From: Octopus vulgaris
Lineage: Eukaryota
Length of the DNA stretch: 64,000 bases
Direction of reading: 5' to 3'
Assembly (NCBI GenBank): GCA_951406725.2
Contig: OX597815.1
Coordinates: forward strand, 155,558,001-155,622,000
Below are positions 29,201 through 41,777 of this stretch, one piece after another. A model generated the notes under the pieces. That model did no database searches. It saw only the letters and a list, made by a program, of their open reading frames with translations, and was not told the origin of the DNA. Each line of letters starts with the position of its first letter. Position 1 is the first letter of the stretch. Made by a program: the position numbers and the translations under genes.

Positions 29201-29233
<33 letters not shown>

Positions 29234-32200
29234 ACTCTTTTATTCTTTTGCTCTTTTACACATTTCAGTCATCTTGCAGCACCATCTTTAGTTGAAAAAA
29301 TCGACCCCAAGACTTATTCTTTGTAAGCCTAGTATTTATTCTATCAGCCTCTTTTGCTGAACTGCTAAGTTTTGGGGACATAAACACACCAACATCGGTT
29401 GTCAAGCAATGGTGGATACACACACACATATATATATATATACACGATGGGCTTCTTTCAGTTTCTGTCTCCTCATGACTTTTTGATTCACTTCTTAGAG
29501 CATTTTTATAACCTGGATTCTAATCTTTTTATGGTCATCTCATTTCACATATCCAATTCAAATATATAGCATACTGTACACATAACTTTTAAATTATTCT
29601 GCCTCTTGAACAGAGACTAACTCAGATGCTATTTCCATCTTTGCTAAAACCGAATCTCACACAGATACTTACAGAAGCATGTAAAAGAAAATTTTAAATT
29701 TCAAAATGTATTTTGTATGTGCATGTTCTTCATTGTTTTTCTTGTTGTTAAAAAGACAAAAAAATAAAGGTTGTTTGTATTTAAAGGATATGTAATCAAT
29801 CCATTTGGACAGCGCCGACACAATGCTTTGGATTTGTTCTCATTCATTGATGACAGAAGGTAAGCTGGTGGCGTGGAATCTCCTCGACGTGACCTCATCA
29901 TTGCAGGTGTAATGTTCAATTCCGATTTCTCTGTAACTTAAAAGAGAAATTGTTTTCTTTTATGTGTATAAGTATATTTATATATATCCATCTCAACATA
30001 TATACTTACAGTATCACACTAGTGATTGATTACACTGTGTGACACAATTTTTGTCCTTGGATAGCAACTTTTATTTCCCTATTTGCTTGCCCCTAGAAAG
30101 TATGAAAAACGGTTAACATTTCCTTCAAACTTTGCTTTTGTTACATTTATTCAAACCTCAAGAAATCCTTCTCAACACATGGCTATGATGCTCCCCCACT
30201 ACTCCTGCTCATGATCAGAGATGCACATATTGTCAGCCACTAAGAGACATTCTCAAGTGGTTATGGTCAAGCAGCTAACAAGCAAATCTGTGGTATGGAG
30301 CAGAATATTTGCTATAACGATATTTCTGTTTCAGCAACTCAGCACTGAATCTGTCTGAAATGAAATAGAAAATAGGTCAGTTTCAAAACATTGATATTCA
30401 GGTCACAAAAGCAAAGTTTGAAGGGAATAGCAGTCATTTCCATTGATTTCTAGATAGAAGCAAATAGGAAAAAAACACTGACTAAAAACAAGAAAAATTA
30501 AAATTTTGTTACACAGTGCTATATACACATACATGTATCTGTCACCATCATCATTTTAACTTCTACTTTCCTATGCTTGCATGGGTCATAAAGAATTCGT
30601 TGTTAAGGCAGGTTTTCTACAGATGGCTGTCTTTTTCCAAACAAGTTAGTATTTCTCCATAGCCAGACGTAGTTTCACAGAGATTAGAAACAAATAGGAG
30701 AGTTTGTTGGATAGTGACACTTGTTTACAGCATGATGTTAAGACAAGGAGGTGCACGTGCGCACACACGCACAAATACACACACACAGAGAAAAGAAGGG
30801 AGATTCAAGAAATCAAACAAAGATGACTTTTAATATTTCATGGTCCTAAGTAATCTTTATGTATCTCCTATAATTTATGGGCATATGATCTAGCTTGTTA
30901 ATTGATGTCACCATTACATCAGTAATTGAAATGGTCATGACTAATTAATAAATGTGATGTTGCCACCTTGATTTCTTTGATTGTTATATATCTATAATAA
31001 TAAACATGAAATTCTGTCTGTCTGGGGCCCCTTGTATCTGACTCTACATTTGCTCTATATAGACATATTACACCTTTTTGGAATCAGAATGATCTTGGGA
31101 TTGAAAATCTACCCTTTATTTGGTTCTTGAACTACCATCAGTGGGGTGTGATTTACAAGCATTTAGATTGCTCTTTCTAGTAGGTAAAGCTTTGACTGAT
31201 TCACACCATCTTGGTTGGCATTAGAGATCAAGGGGGAGATAAATGACATTCACTTTGTTAATTTTACATTGAGATAAGAAGTTTGGAACAAATTGACCAA
31301 CAGTTGGAATTCAAATTGGGACTGGTACAATAAAATGATTGCATTGCAGAATTAATTCTCATCCGTTCTTGACCTCTGATCAAACATCACCAGGGCATAT
31401 AGTCATTATAGACATATTATATAGCCATGCTCCTTAGTTCCCTTTAGTTTTAGATCCCAAATCCCGACTACCTTCTTTTCTTAATGTATACAATATGTAT
31501 ACCACTTCAAATAATCCATATATTGGGTCGGCAACTGAGTTCCTGCTGTTTTTTAAATTTTGGAATCTATTGTTCTTGAGAATTCTATTTTTGAATCATT
31601 CTGGAATCTATTTTGTTTTTTTTTTCTAGTTAATTTTAGTTAGCTTTTGTTTATTTTCAGATCATTAAAATGGAATGTCAAGTTAAGAAAAATGTGCATT
31701 TTCGACACTTCCTTCTTTTAGCTTTTAATCAAGATTCTAAGGCTGCAAAAGCTGCTCGCGACATTTGTGCTGTTTATCGAGAGAGGGCTATAGCTGAAAG
31801 AACCACTCATGATTGGTATGCCAAGTTCAAAAATGGAAATTTTGATCTCAAAGGTGCACCTTATCTTGGTCGTCCAGTTGAGTTCGATGAAGAGCGATTA
31901 AATCAACTTTTGCATGAAAATTTTCGTCAAACAGTAAGGGAACTGGCAGAGAAAATGGAATGCTCCCACACTGCTATAGAGAAACATCTTTACTCGATGG
32001 GAAAAGTTCAGAAGTATGGAGCATGGGTTCCACATGCTTTAAGTGACAACAACAAAAATCAGCGAGCCACAATCTCCACTGGTTTGCTTGCTCGTCACTG
32101 CTCAACTCATGGACACAAACAACGATTTCTTTACCGAATTGTTACTGGCATTGAAAAATAGTGCCTGCGCATCAATATGAAGCAGCGTAAGGAATGGCTT

Positions 32201-32715
32201 AGCCCCAGTAAACAAGTGACACTGCGTGTGAAACAAGCTCTTCATCCGCTTAAAGCAATGTTGTGCGTATGGTGGGACTGGGAAGGGATTATCCATTATG
32301 AATTGCTTGAACGGAACCAAACAGTCAATGCAGAACTCTATGTTCAACAGATGGAATGACTCAACATAGCTATTCAAGAGAAAAGTCCTAATTGTCAGCA
32401 TGGAGTTCTTCTGCTGCACGACAACACCAGCCCTCATATCGCCAATATGACCAAGGAAGCTGTTCAAAAGCATGGCTGGGAAGTGCTGCCACACCCACCG
32501 TTCTCTCCTGATTTCCACCTCTTTTGATCTCTTTCACAGGCAATGCACGGAATTTCGTTCAATACTGATGCAGAATTGAGAGCTTGGTTAGATCAATTTT
32601 TCATGTCGAAAATGGGTGGGGTGAATACATTATTGATTCATTAGTTGTTATTTTTTATTAAACCTTTTAAAAAATTTAATTTAAAAAAAACAGCAGGAAC
32701 TTCATTGTCAACCCA

Positions 32716-32755
<40 letters not shown>

Positions 32756-33131
32756 TACACACACATATATACATGTGTGTGAATAGAACTAGGTATGGCT
32801 GTGTGGGTAATAATTTTGTTTCCAGCTACATGGTTTTGTGTTCAATCTCACTATGTGGAACCCTGGACAAGTGTCTTCTACTATCAGCCTGGGCTTGTCA
32901 AATCCTTGAAGGTAAATTTAGTAGATGGAAACTGAATGAAGCCCATTGCATATTTATATATAGGTGCAGGCATGGCTGTGTGGTTAGAAGTTTGCTTTCC
33001 AGTCACATGATTCCGGGTTCAAACTCTCTCTATGGCACCTTGAGCAAGTGTCTTCTATTATAGTCTTGGGCCAACCAAACCTTTGTAAGTGGATTTGGTA
33101 GATGGAAACTGAAAGAAGCCTGTCATATATA

Positions 33132-33181
<50 letters not shown>

Positions 33182-33844
33182 AACACACACACATGTCTGT
33201 GTATGAATGTGCGTGCATGTGTGTGTGTGTGCATATTTGTGTGTGTATGTGTGTGCATGCATGTGTGTGCTTATTTTTCTTTGTTTTGACATTGAGGGAT
33301 AGTTGTAAATTAATGTCACTATCATACAAGCTGTATCATATATTCATGCATGTCAGGCCATGGGGAAACATTATCATGCTTGGAAATATAAGGGGGTTGG
33401 TGACAGGAAAGGCACCCAGCCATAGATGATTTACCTCAATAAATTCATCCATCATGTGCAAACATGGAGAAGTGGATGTTAAAATAATGATGATGTATTC
33501 CTTCATTTACTCATTTAGCATACAAGCCATGTCTGGCCCAAACCTATTTCAAGTACAGACTGTTCATATTCAACCTCACACACCTACCATACAATGTCAT
33601 ACTAAAAATAAACAAGTACATCATCGAAATCTCAACACTATATGATAATGCATGCAGTTCTATATTTAAGAGATGAGGAATCATGTACATTATTTACATT
33701 ATTTACATTTGACAGATATTTGCTCTCATCTTGTTTGTTGTTAACGTTTTGGCTGATATACCCTCCAACCTTCATCAGATGTCTTGGGAAAATTTCGAAC
33801 CTGGGTTCTCATTCCTAGGGTATTTTTCGATATTGTTGTTGTTG

Positions 33845-33932
<88 letters not shown>

Positions 33933-34136
33933 CATTATTATTATCATTATTATTATTATTACTCAGGTTGCTCTCTGGAATTGAACTCGGAATCTTGGGG
34001 TTAGTAGCCCGTGCTCTTAACCACTATGGGCATGTGGTGTTTTGGTTAAGAGCGTGGGCTACTAACCCCAAGATTCCGAGTTTGATTCCAGGCAGTGACC
34101 TGAATAATAATAATACTAATAATATTAGTAATGATG

Positions 34137-34167
<31 letters not shown>

Positions 34168-37100
34168 TAACAACAATGACAATAATCATTAATCATATAA
34201 AGGGGGATTAGAACCAATTCCTGATGTTATGTAAATGTAAAAGTTGTGTATTTGCATGTGCTGTTTCTGTAGATGAATACCAAGTGAAATTATATTATGT
34301 CGATCCCAATTGTATTCCTATGTCATCATTAAGGAAGCTTTATTCCTTCTACAAGAGCTTTGAATATAAACTAATTAATTACATTCAAGATCATAGCTAT
34401 AGGAAAAACTACCAATAATTCAATAATTACATCAACACTGCATCATGATGCATATCATTACTGATATAAAAGGGATTGTGTCACAAAATAACATAAGAAT
34501 TAAAACTTAAGATTATTCAAGGGCAATTTCAGCTGTAGAAATAGTATATCTGATTGTTCTCAGATTGTGTGTATATCAAACCCAGGAAGAAAATCAAACT
34601 ACAATTGATAAAGTAAATGCTTTAGATTTGACTTATTGATAAGAGAGTTTAATGAAGAACGGCAGAGATAAACAGAAGATGTTCCTAAGGCTTGTTGACA
34701 GTAGAATTTCAATGAAGGGCTGCTGCTACTGCTACTCAGCTCAAGATCAATAATGATCAAGCATACTTATATTCCAAAGAGCTCCAACCATGGCCACCTC
34801 ATCTTGTGGAGACAACATTATCTAATGTGTTCATTCCATATTTTTAGATTGTAGGAAATTTGGCTACTATTTCTAGCATGTTGACCAATCTCATAAAGTC
34901 TCCTTCCTTATAAGCGGTAGTGATAGCTGTAGTGGTTTAACCCCAGGTAAGCCTATATTGAGCAAAGCTGCGATCCAATCAAAGAGATAGCAATTGTGAC
35001 TATCCTGTATGTTTTGGGCCATAGTATATCTAAGACTACATTATCTAGTGTACTTCATTTTCCAAAACAGCAGGATATGATTTGGAAAATTTGTCATGCA
35101 GAAGTTTTCTCATATGCTTCAGTAATGTTGCTGCCCTTGTTTAATTCCAGATCAGTTCTGATGAAGTGGACCTATGCTCTAGATTTGAGTATTGCATCCT
35201 TCTTTTTAAGATATAGTGTATTCTTGGACTATTTATCCAATGAAATATTCTGTTTATTAAGATGACAGCAATGTCATTTTGAAGAAGATTTGGCAGCTGT
35301 TTCTAACATGTCAAGTAGCTATATGAAGGTTTCTTAGTTGGTTTGCTGCTGTTGTTGTTGTTGTTGTTGGTAGTAGTGGTGATGCAGTTAAAATGAGCCC
35401 TGAAATCTCATAAGTTGTTGGTCTACCACTAAGTATGCCACCTTCATACAACATAGCTTAGGGAAGCCAACTAACTAAAGTCCATTCTTCTTATAAGCTA
35501 TGGAATGTTTATAAACTTTACATTAATTGCTGTTACTTCTCCTTCAATTTCTTCATACATATATACAAATAGCTAGGAGGAATTTGCCAGAAGAGTTTAG
35601 TATACTTTATGTAAACACAGTATGATGTTTGTGATTTCATTTAAACCATTAGCATTTCAGTTCAAAGTTGAAGTTCTCAGTATATTTCATAAAAACTTTT
35701 TACTAGAACCAAATCTCTATTTACAAACAGTATGTCTTAAAAATGAAGATGCCTTGTTTTAAGTTCTAAACCATAGGACAGTAAGCCACTAAATAAAAAG
35801 GGATGAAGATGGATTGGAATAAATAGTTAATTCAGTTTTCAATCTGTTTCGATTCTGCAATCTTTAAAAGTTGATGCATCATGCGATGAATGAATAGTCT
35901 TCTTTATTTGATATAATATAATGAAATTATTGTATACAGTGCTCAGATGCACTACAACTTGACAAAAGTGCATATAAAGCATATGCAGTAATGTACGAAT
36001 GTCTGGGAAGTGAACAGTATATGAGTCAGATACATGCTTGCGTGTGTATGGAGGGGAGAAAATCAGGTGTAGTGTTGGTGAATTTCAGGAATCATGGAAG
36101 TTTTGAAGGATGTAGTGCTCCGACAACTAACAACTGATGCTGGCAGTTTGTTCCATACTTCAGCAACTCTTAGTGTAAAAAAATGTTTCCGAAAGTCATG
36201 AGTGCTGTGCTGTTTTCTGACTTTGTAAACATGTCCACGGGTGTTAGACAGGTGGAGTTTAAAAAGGGGCTCAGAGTTATTGTTAGTAAGATGGTTAATA
36301 ATTTTATGAGTGTCTGCCAAGTCAGCTGCCAGAAATTTGGAGTTTCAATGTATCCATGACCAGGGAAGTAAGGTGTTCAGAATATGGCAAATGCCTGATG
36401 GAGGGTATTCTCTTGGTTGCATGTCACTGAACAGTTTCCAGACAATTAATATCCTGGGCAAGATAGGGGTTCCAAACCGGTGATGCAAATTCCAGGTGAG
36501 GCTGCACCATAGCTATATAAAGCCTCAGATAGATAGCTGGAGAGCAGCTCGCAAAGAACTTGGTAAGTGATGCCAAGATACCCTCAGCCTTCTTGGCAAT
36601 TTTAGCAATGTATTTCGTCCAATGAAAATCGCTGTCGACAATAATGCCCAGATATTATGTTGTAGCATTATTTGCTGATTAGATCGTTTATAAGAAATTA
36701 CTATAAGAGGTTCATATACAACAAAGGCTTTATTCAATGATTGATACAGCACAGCATCTAGATTAGGTAAGGGAGAGCACTCACCCATCATATGATACAT
36801 CAAGAATTAAAAGAGCTTATATTTTGTATGTATCTTTTTGATTATAATGTCCATGTTTCCAAGGTGTATGTAGTGATAAGGATAATAAGGGCATTGTACA
36901 GTAGAACTTCGAGTCATTGGCTGATAATCCACTATTACAGATCATGTTTCTTTATATTTCAAATGCTGTAGATGCCAGTGTTACCAATCTTTTCACCTTT
37001 TTCTGAACCAAGGAAAAGAATTCTGTGACATGTTTTACATCACAATTATCCAATGAGATCATTTCTTTGCTACATGACAGAATCTTGTACTAAAGCATTT

Positions 37101-38317
37101 TTTTTTTTTCATTCTTTATATTTTTTATGCTTCAAGTAACTGTTTAATGGACATTTTCAATTTGTCAAAGCCAAAGCTCCCTCTAAGCTGTGCACTTGCG
37201 CATGTACACAAATTTTACAACTAACACACAAAAGAAAAAAAAAATGTGCACATGCAAGGTTTCCAAGATTAAATTAAATTTTTTTAATTGAAGAAATTAA
37301 TCATCTAATTTCGTTATAAATTAAAAAAATTGTGTGCATTTGTTTAGATGGTCAATGTGACATTTGAGTGATGGTTGTTTGCATGGATGCACATATACTT
37401 TGCAGTAAAAGACAATACACAGGCATATGAGTGGCTGTGTGGTAAGTAGTAAAAGGAAAAAATAAGGGAAAAAAGAAAAACGGGGCATTGTGGGCAGTGG
37501 CATGTCCCGAAACCCCTTCAGTGGGATGTGTGCCACCGGAGGTGGGGAAGAAGATAACCTCATCAGTGGGATGTGTGCCATAGAGCAAGGGAGTTGAGGC
37601 CCCCTCCCAGTGAAATTGGTGAAGAATATATGTTCTTCTGTCTCAGGGGAGGGGCTATTGACAGTTTCATGGAGAATAATATGGTTAGTGGGGTCCTGAG
37701 GGACCCGACTTGTATTGACAGCCCAGAGTGGCCTCCGCAGGTGGCTGCACTGGTGCTGGAACAAAAGTACTGTGATCATATAATTGACTCGTGTAAAAAG
37801 GAGAATTATAGAATTTATTTTTGGAGCCCTGGATTGCTGTTGCAGGAATGTCTGCAAGTTGCAAAAAATTACTCGGGGAAGGATTGTAGAGGTTTATCAC
37901 CTCCAATTTATGTATAAATTGTGTTTTATAATTGTATGGACTTTTTAGTCCAAATATATGGTATTTTAAATTGTAAGAGGGTTAATACCTCTGTATATGC
38001 ATTTTTAAAAACAATGTTTTACAGAAGCAGAGGATCAGCGGGCACTTTCTGTCTTCTCCCATCTTTATCATTTTTGTATCATAATCATTTGCCTCATCAA
38101 TGTCTGTGTCCAGCCCGCAAAGCTACCTTATCTATGTGCTGCCTATATGGCAAATTTAATGAATAAAAGTAGCTTGCTTACCAGCCACATGGTTCTGGAT
38201 TCAGTCCCACTGCATGGCACCTTGGGCCTGTGTCTTCTACTATAGCCTCGGGCCGACCAAAGCCTTGTGAGTGGATTTGGTAGACAGAAACTGAAAAATG
38301 CCTGTCGTATATATACG

Positions 38318-38379
<62 letters not shown>

Positions 38380-38847
38380 TTTGTATGTGTATGTATGTTT
38401 GTGTGTCTGTGTTTGTCCCAACCAACATCGCTTGACAACCAATGCTGATGTGTTTACGTCCCCGTAACTTAGTGGTTCGGCAAAAGAGACCGATAGAATA
38501 AGTAGTAAGCTTACAAAGAATAAGTCCTGGGGTTGATTTGCTCGACTAAAGATAGTGCTCTGGCATGGCCACAGTCATATGACTGGAACAAGTAAAAGAG
38601 TAAAAGAGTAAAGAGCTCACAAAGCAAATCTCTGTACACACCAACAACAAAAATTTAGAGTGACCATTGGTCAACGACCATGGATATTAGTGTTGTGTCA
38701 TCATTATACCTCGTGTCTATTGAGTCAATTAGTTAGGCCCTCTGTCAAGTGCCAGACCCCCAAAATATTCATCACACCAACTGCAGTGAAGTTAAAACTT
38801 TTAATGTATTTTTGACTGGCTAATATGGGTCTTCCATAATGTAATTG

Positions 38848-38894
<47 letters not shown>

Positions 38895-39067
38895 AGGAAG
38901 GGCATCCAGCTGTAAAATCTTTGGCAAAACAGACACAGAAGTATGGTGCAGGCTGACTAGCTCCGGTCAAACTGTTCAACCCATGCCAACATGGAACAAG
39001 GACGTTAAATGATGATTATGATGATGATGATGATGATATATATATATACATATATGTACATATATAC

Positions 39068-39098
<31 letters not shown>

Positions 39099-41512
39099 CA
39101 TACATACATACATACATCCATACATACATCCATACATACATGCATACATACATACATGATGGCTGCCCCCTCGTTATCGAGTATGGCCATTGCACGAAGC
39201 TTAACTGTTACTGGTGCTGTGATCGAATGTGACTTTTTAGCCCAGCTAAAGATCTACAATGTCTTGTATAGTATTGGCAGCTAAAACCTTTACCAGCAAA
39301 AGCTGGCTGTAGTTGTAACTGGGCTTCATGTACCTTTGCATGCCGTTTAAGTCCTCCTGCTGAATTACACTCTCTTCCACATGCCTGACAGATATGATTA
39401 GTATAGTATGTATCACCACCAGCAGTGGCCAGGTTGTCACTCATCTGTCTTGCTTGATGACTACAAAGATGACTCTTGAGTCCAGCTTTACTGAGGCAGG
39501 GTCTTGCACAGACACTGCATGTCAGCATCATAGGACATAAATATATATATATATATATGTTGTACATAAGTATAGGGTAGTTAGTTACCTGTGCTCATGC
39601 TTGCTGAAGAACCAGGAGATCCACTGTGACTGGAAGATAGAATGCCTTTTTTTGATGATATTTTTTTTTGTTTGACGGACGTACTTGGACTCACTGATAA
39701 ACCTGAAAAGTATTCAGAAAAGCATCGTAAAGAATTTATAAATGAATTTTATAAATCAGTTATAATAAAGGAAAATAAAAATAAAACATTTGCTGCTTAA
39801 AATGTTATTAATGAATATGATGAATTTTTTGTATTTCTGAGTTGTTTAACCTGATCAATTGTGGAGTAAAGTCTCATTTAAGTTCTTTACTGTGAAGCGG
39901 AGCTAACTGGGTTTATTAACAACGATGTATATATGTATTTATAAGCAAAAGCAGATCTGTGTGATTACAAGCTTTGCTTCCCAACCACATGATTTCAGGT
40001 TCATTCCCACCTTGGGGTGTTTTGGACAAGTGTTTTCTGCTACAGCCCTAGGTCAACCAAAGCCTTTTCAGTGAATTTGGTAGACAGAAATTGAAAGAGG
40101 CGAGCTGGCAGAAACGTTAGCACACCGGGCAAAATGCTTAGTGGTATTTCATCTGCTGCTATGTCCTGAGTTCAAATTCCGCCGAGGTTGACTTTGCCTT
40201 TCATTCTTTCAGGGTCGATTAAATAAGTACCAGTTACGCACTGGGGTCGATATAATCGACTTAACCCGTTTGTTTGTCCTTGTTTGTCCTCTTTGTGTTT
40301 AACCCTCTTGTGGGTAGTAAAGAAATAGGTATTTCGTCTGTCTTTATGCTCCATGCTGGCAGGTGTAGAACAGTTTGTCATGGTTTTCCTCTCCAAGACT
40401 TGTTTCGCTTTTGGCTTGGTTTCTCCAGATGAATGCTTTTCACCAACTACTTATCACCAATTTATAGGGTAATGCACGCCTAGAAAACTGACATTAGATA
40501 ATGTAGATTGTAAAATAAAAAGGCAGGATGGTCATAGTTGAAATGTCTTAGATCTTAGGTTTGCTTGTTCTGGGCTGTGCTGGCACAAGAAGAACAAGAA
40601 TAACTTCCAATCTGGTTTCTGCAGATATAGATCATCACAAACTTATAATGCTAATTTCCCCACACCTACTTGGATTGCAACACTGAATTCTTACTTAGTG
40701 ATTGTTCTTATCCAGAGCTTAGACTTCTTATTCAGAGTTATCTTCTATATTTACAGACAATATTAAAATATTTTGATACAGGCACAACACCAGAAATTTG
40801 TAAGAGAGATTAATAGTTTAAATCACCCCCAATACTTCACTGCTTCTTTGTTTATTTGACACTAGAGAAATGAAAAGCAAAGTTGATCTCAGCAAGATTT
40901 GAACATAAAAATGCTGAATAAATATGGCAAGTGCAAGGCATTATGTCTGATGCTTTAATGATTTTGTCAAAATAACATCAGACATAGAGTTAATATTGTC
41001 TTTTCCTCACCACATCAGTACTTTTAATTAGACTTTTGAAACCCTGCATTAAATATGTTCACCCCTAATTAACTATTGATTCCAATAACTATTCTAATTA
41101 ACTCTTATAATTACAGTTTAGTGTCATTGAGCTGAGTTAACTTTCACCATAAACAATCCATCATGTTATGTTTGATTGAATGTTTAGATGACAAAACAAT
41201 AGCTTGATCATTGAAATATTAGAGCAGAGATATGGCATACAGGAAACAAGATGAAAGGGGCTGACTACAAGAATGATTATGGTATGGCTAAAGAGAGGAG
41301 TCTCATGTTTCAGTGAAGAAAGGCCAAACAGGAAATCTAGCAGCACTATTAAGAGTAAAGAGATGAAAGATGAGATGAGAGAAAGAGAGAGCAATAAAAG
41401 TGGTATTGAGAGCAAAAAGATGAGGCCAATATATAGGCAGATACGCAGAATGGAGAGGGAGAGAGAGAGATAGTGACAAAGGCACTGAGAACAAAAAGAT
41501 GAAACAATTGTA

Positions 41513-41551
<39 letters not shown>

Positions 41552-41746
41552 GAGTAAGCACATAAATGTGAAACAAGGTGGCAAAAAGAGTACTCAAATA
41601 CCAGAGGTAGAGTAATAGGCTTTATTTAAAAGCAGCAGAAATATAACAAAAGCTGTTACTCAGAGTTTGACGTTCCCGTTCGACTAACAGGAACGAGAAA
41701 CTCTGGGCAATAGCTTTCGTTATATTTCTGCTGCTTTTAAATAAAT

Positions 41747-41777
<31 letters not shown>

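Larger units (their letters stand above)
25435..29791 (-). other. U12-type (minor spliceosome) AT-AC intron, 4357 nt
   Basis: 5' site ATATCCTTT (29791-29783), branch site TTCCTTAAT (25451-25443), terminal AC (25436-25435). Splicing restores GLI-T-HTEK in frame. Confidence 0.9.

Noticed and set aside
30010-30034. Micro-exon suggested by GTAAGTA at 30009-30003
   Set aside because: 25 nt, frameshifting with an immediate stop; its AG comes from a MITE terminus.
37321-37917. 178-aa and 114-aa overlapping ORFs
   Set aside because: No recognisable domain or fitting splice sites; probably an unclassified repeat with a short internal duplication (tcagtgggatgtgtgcca x2).
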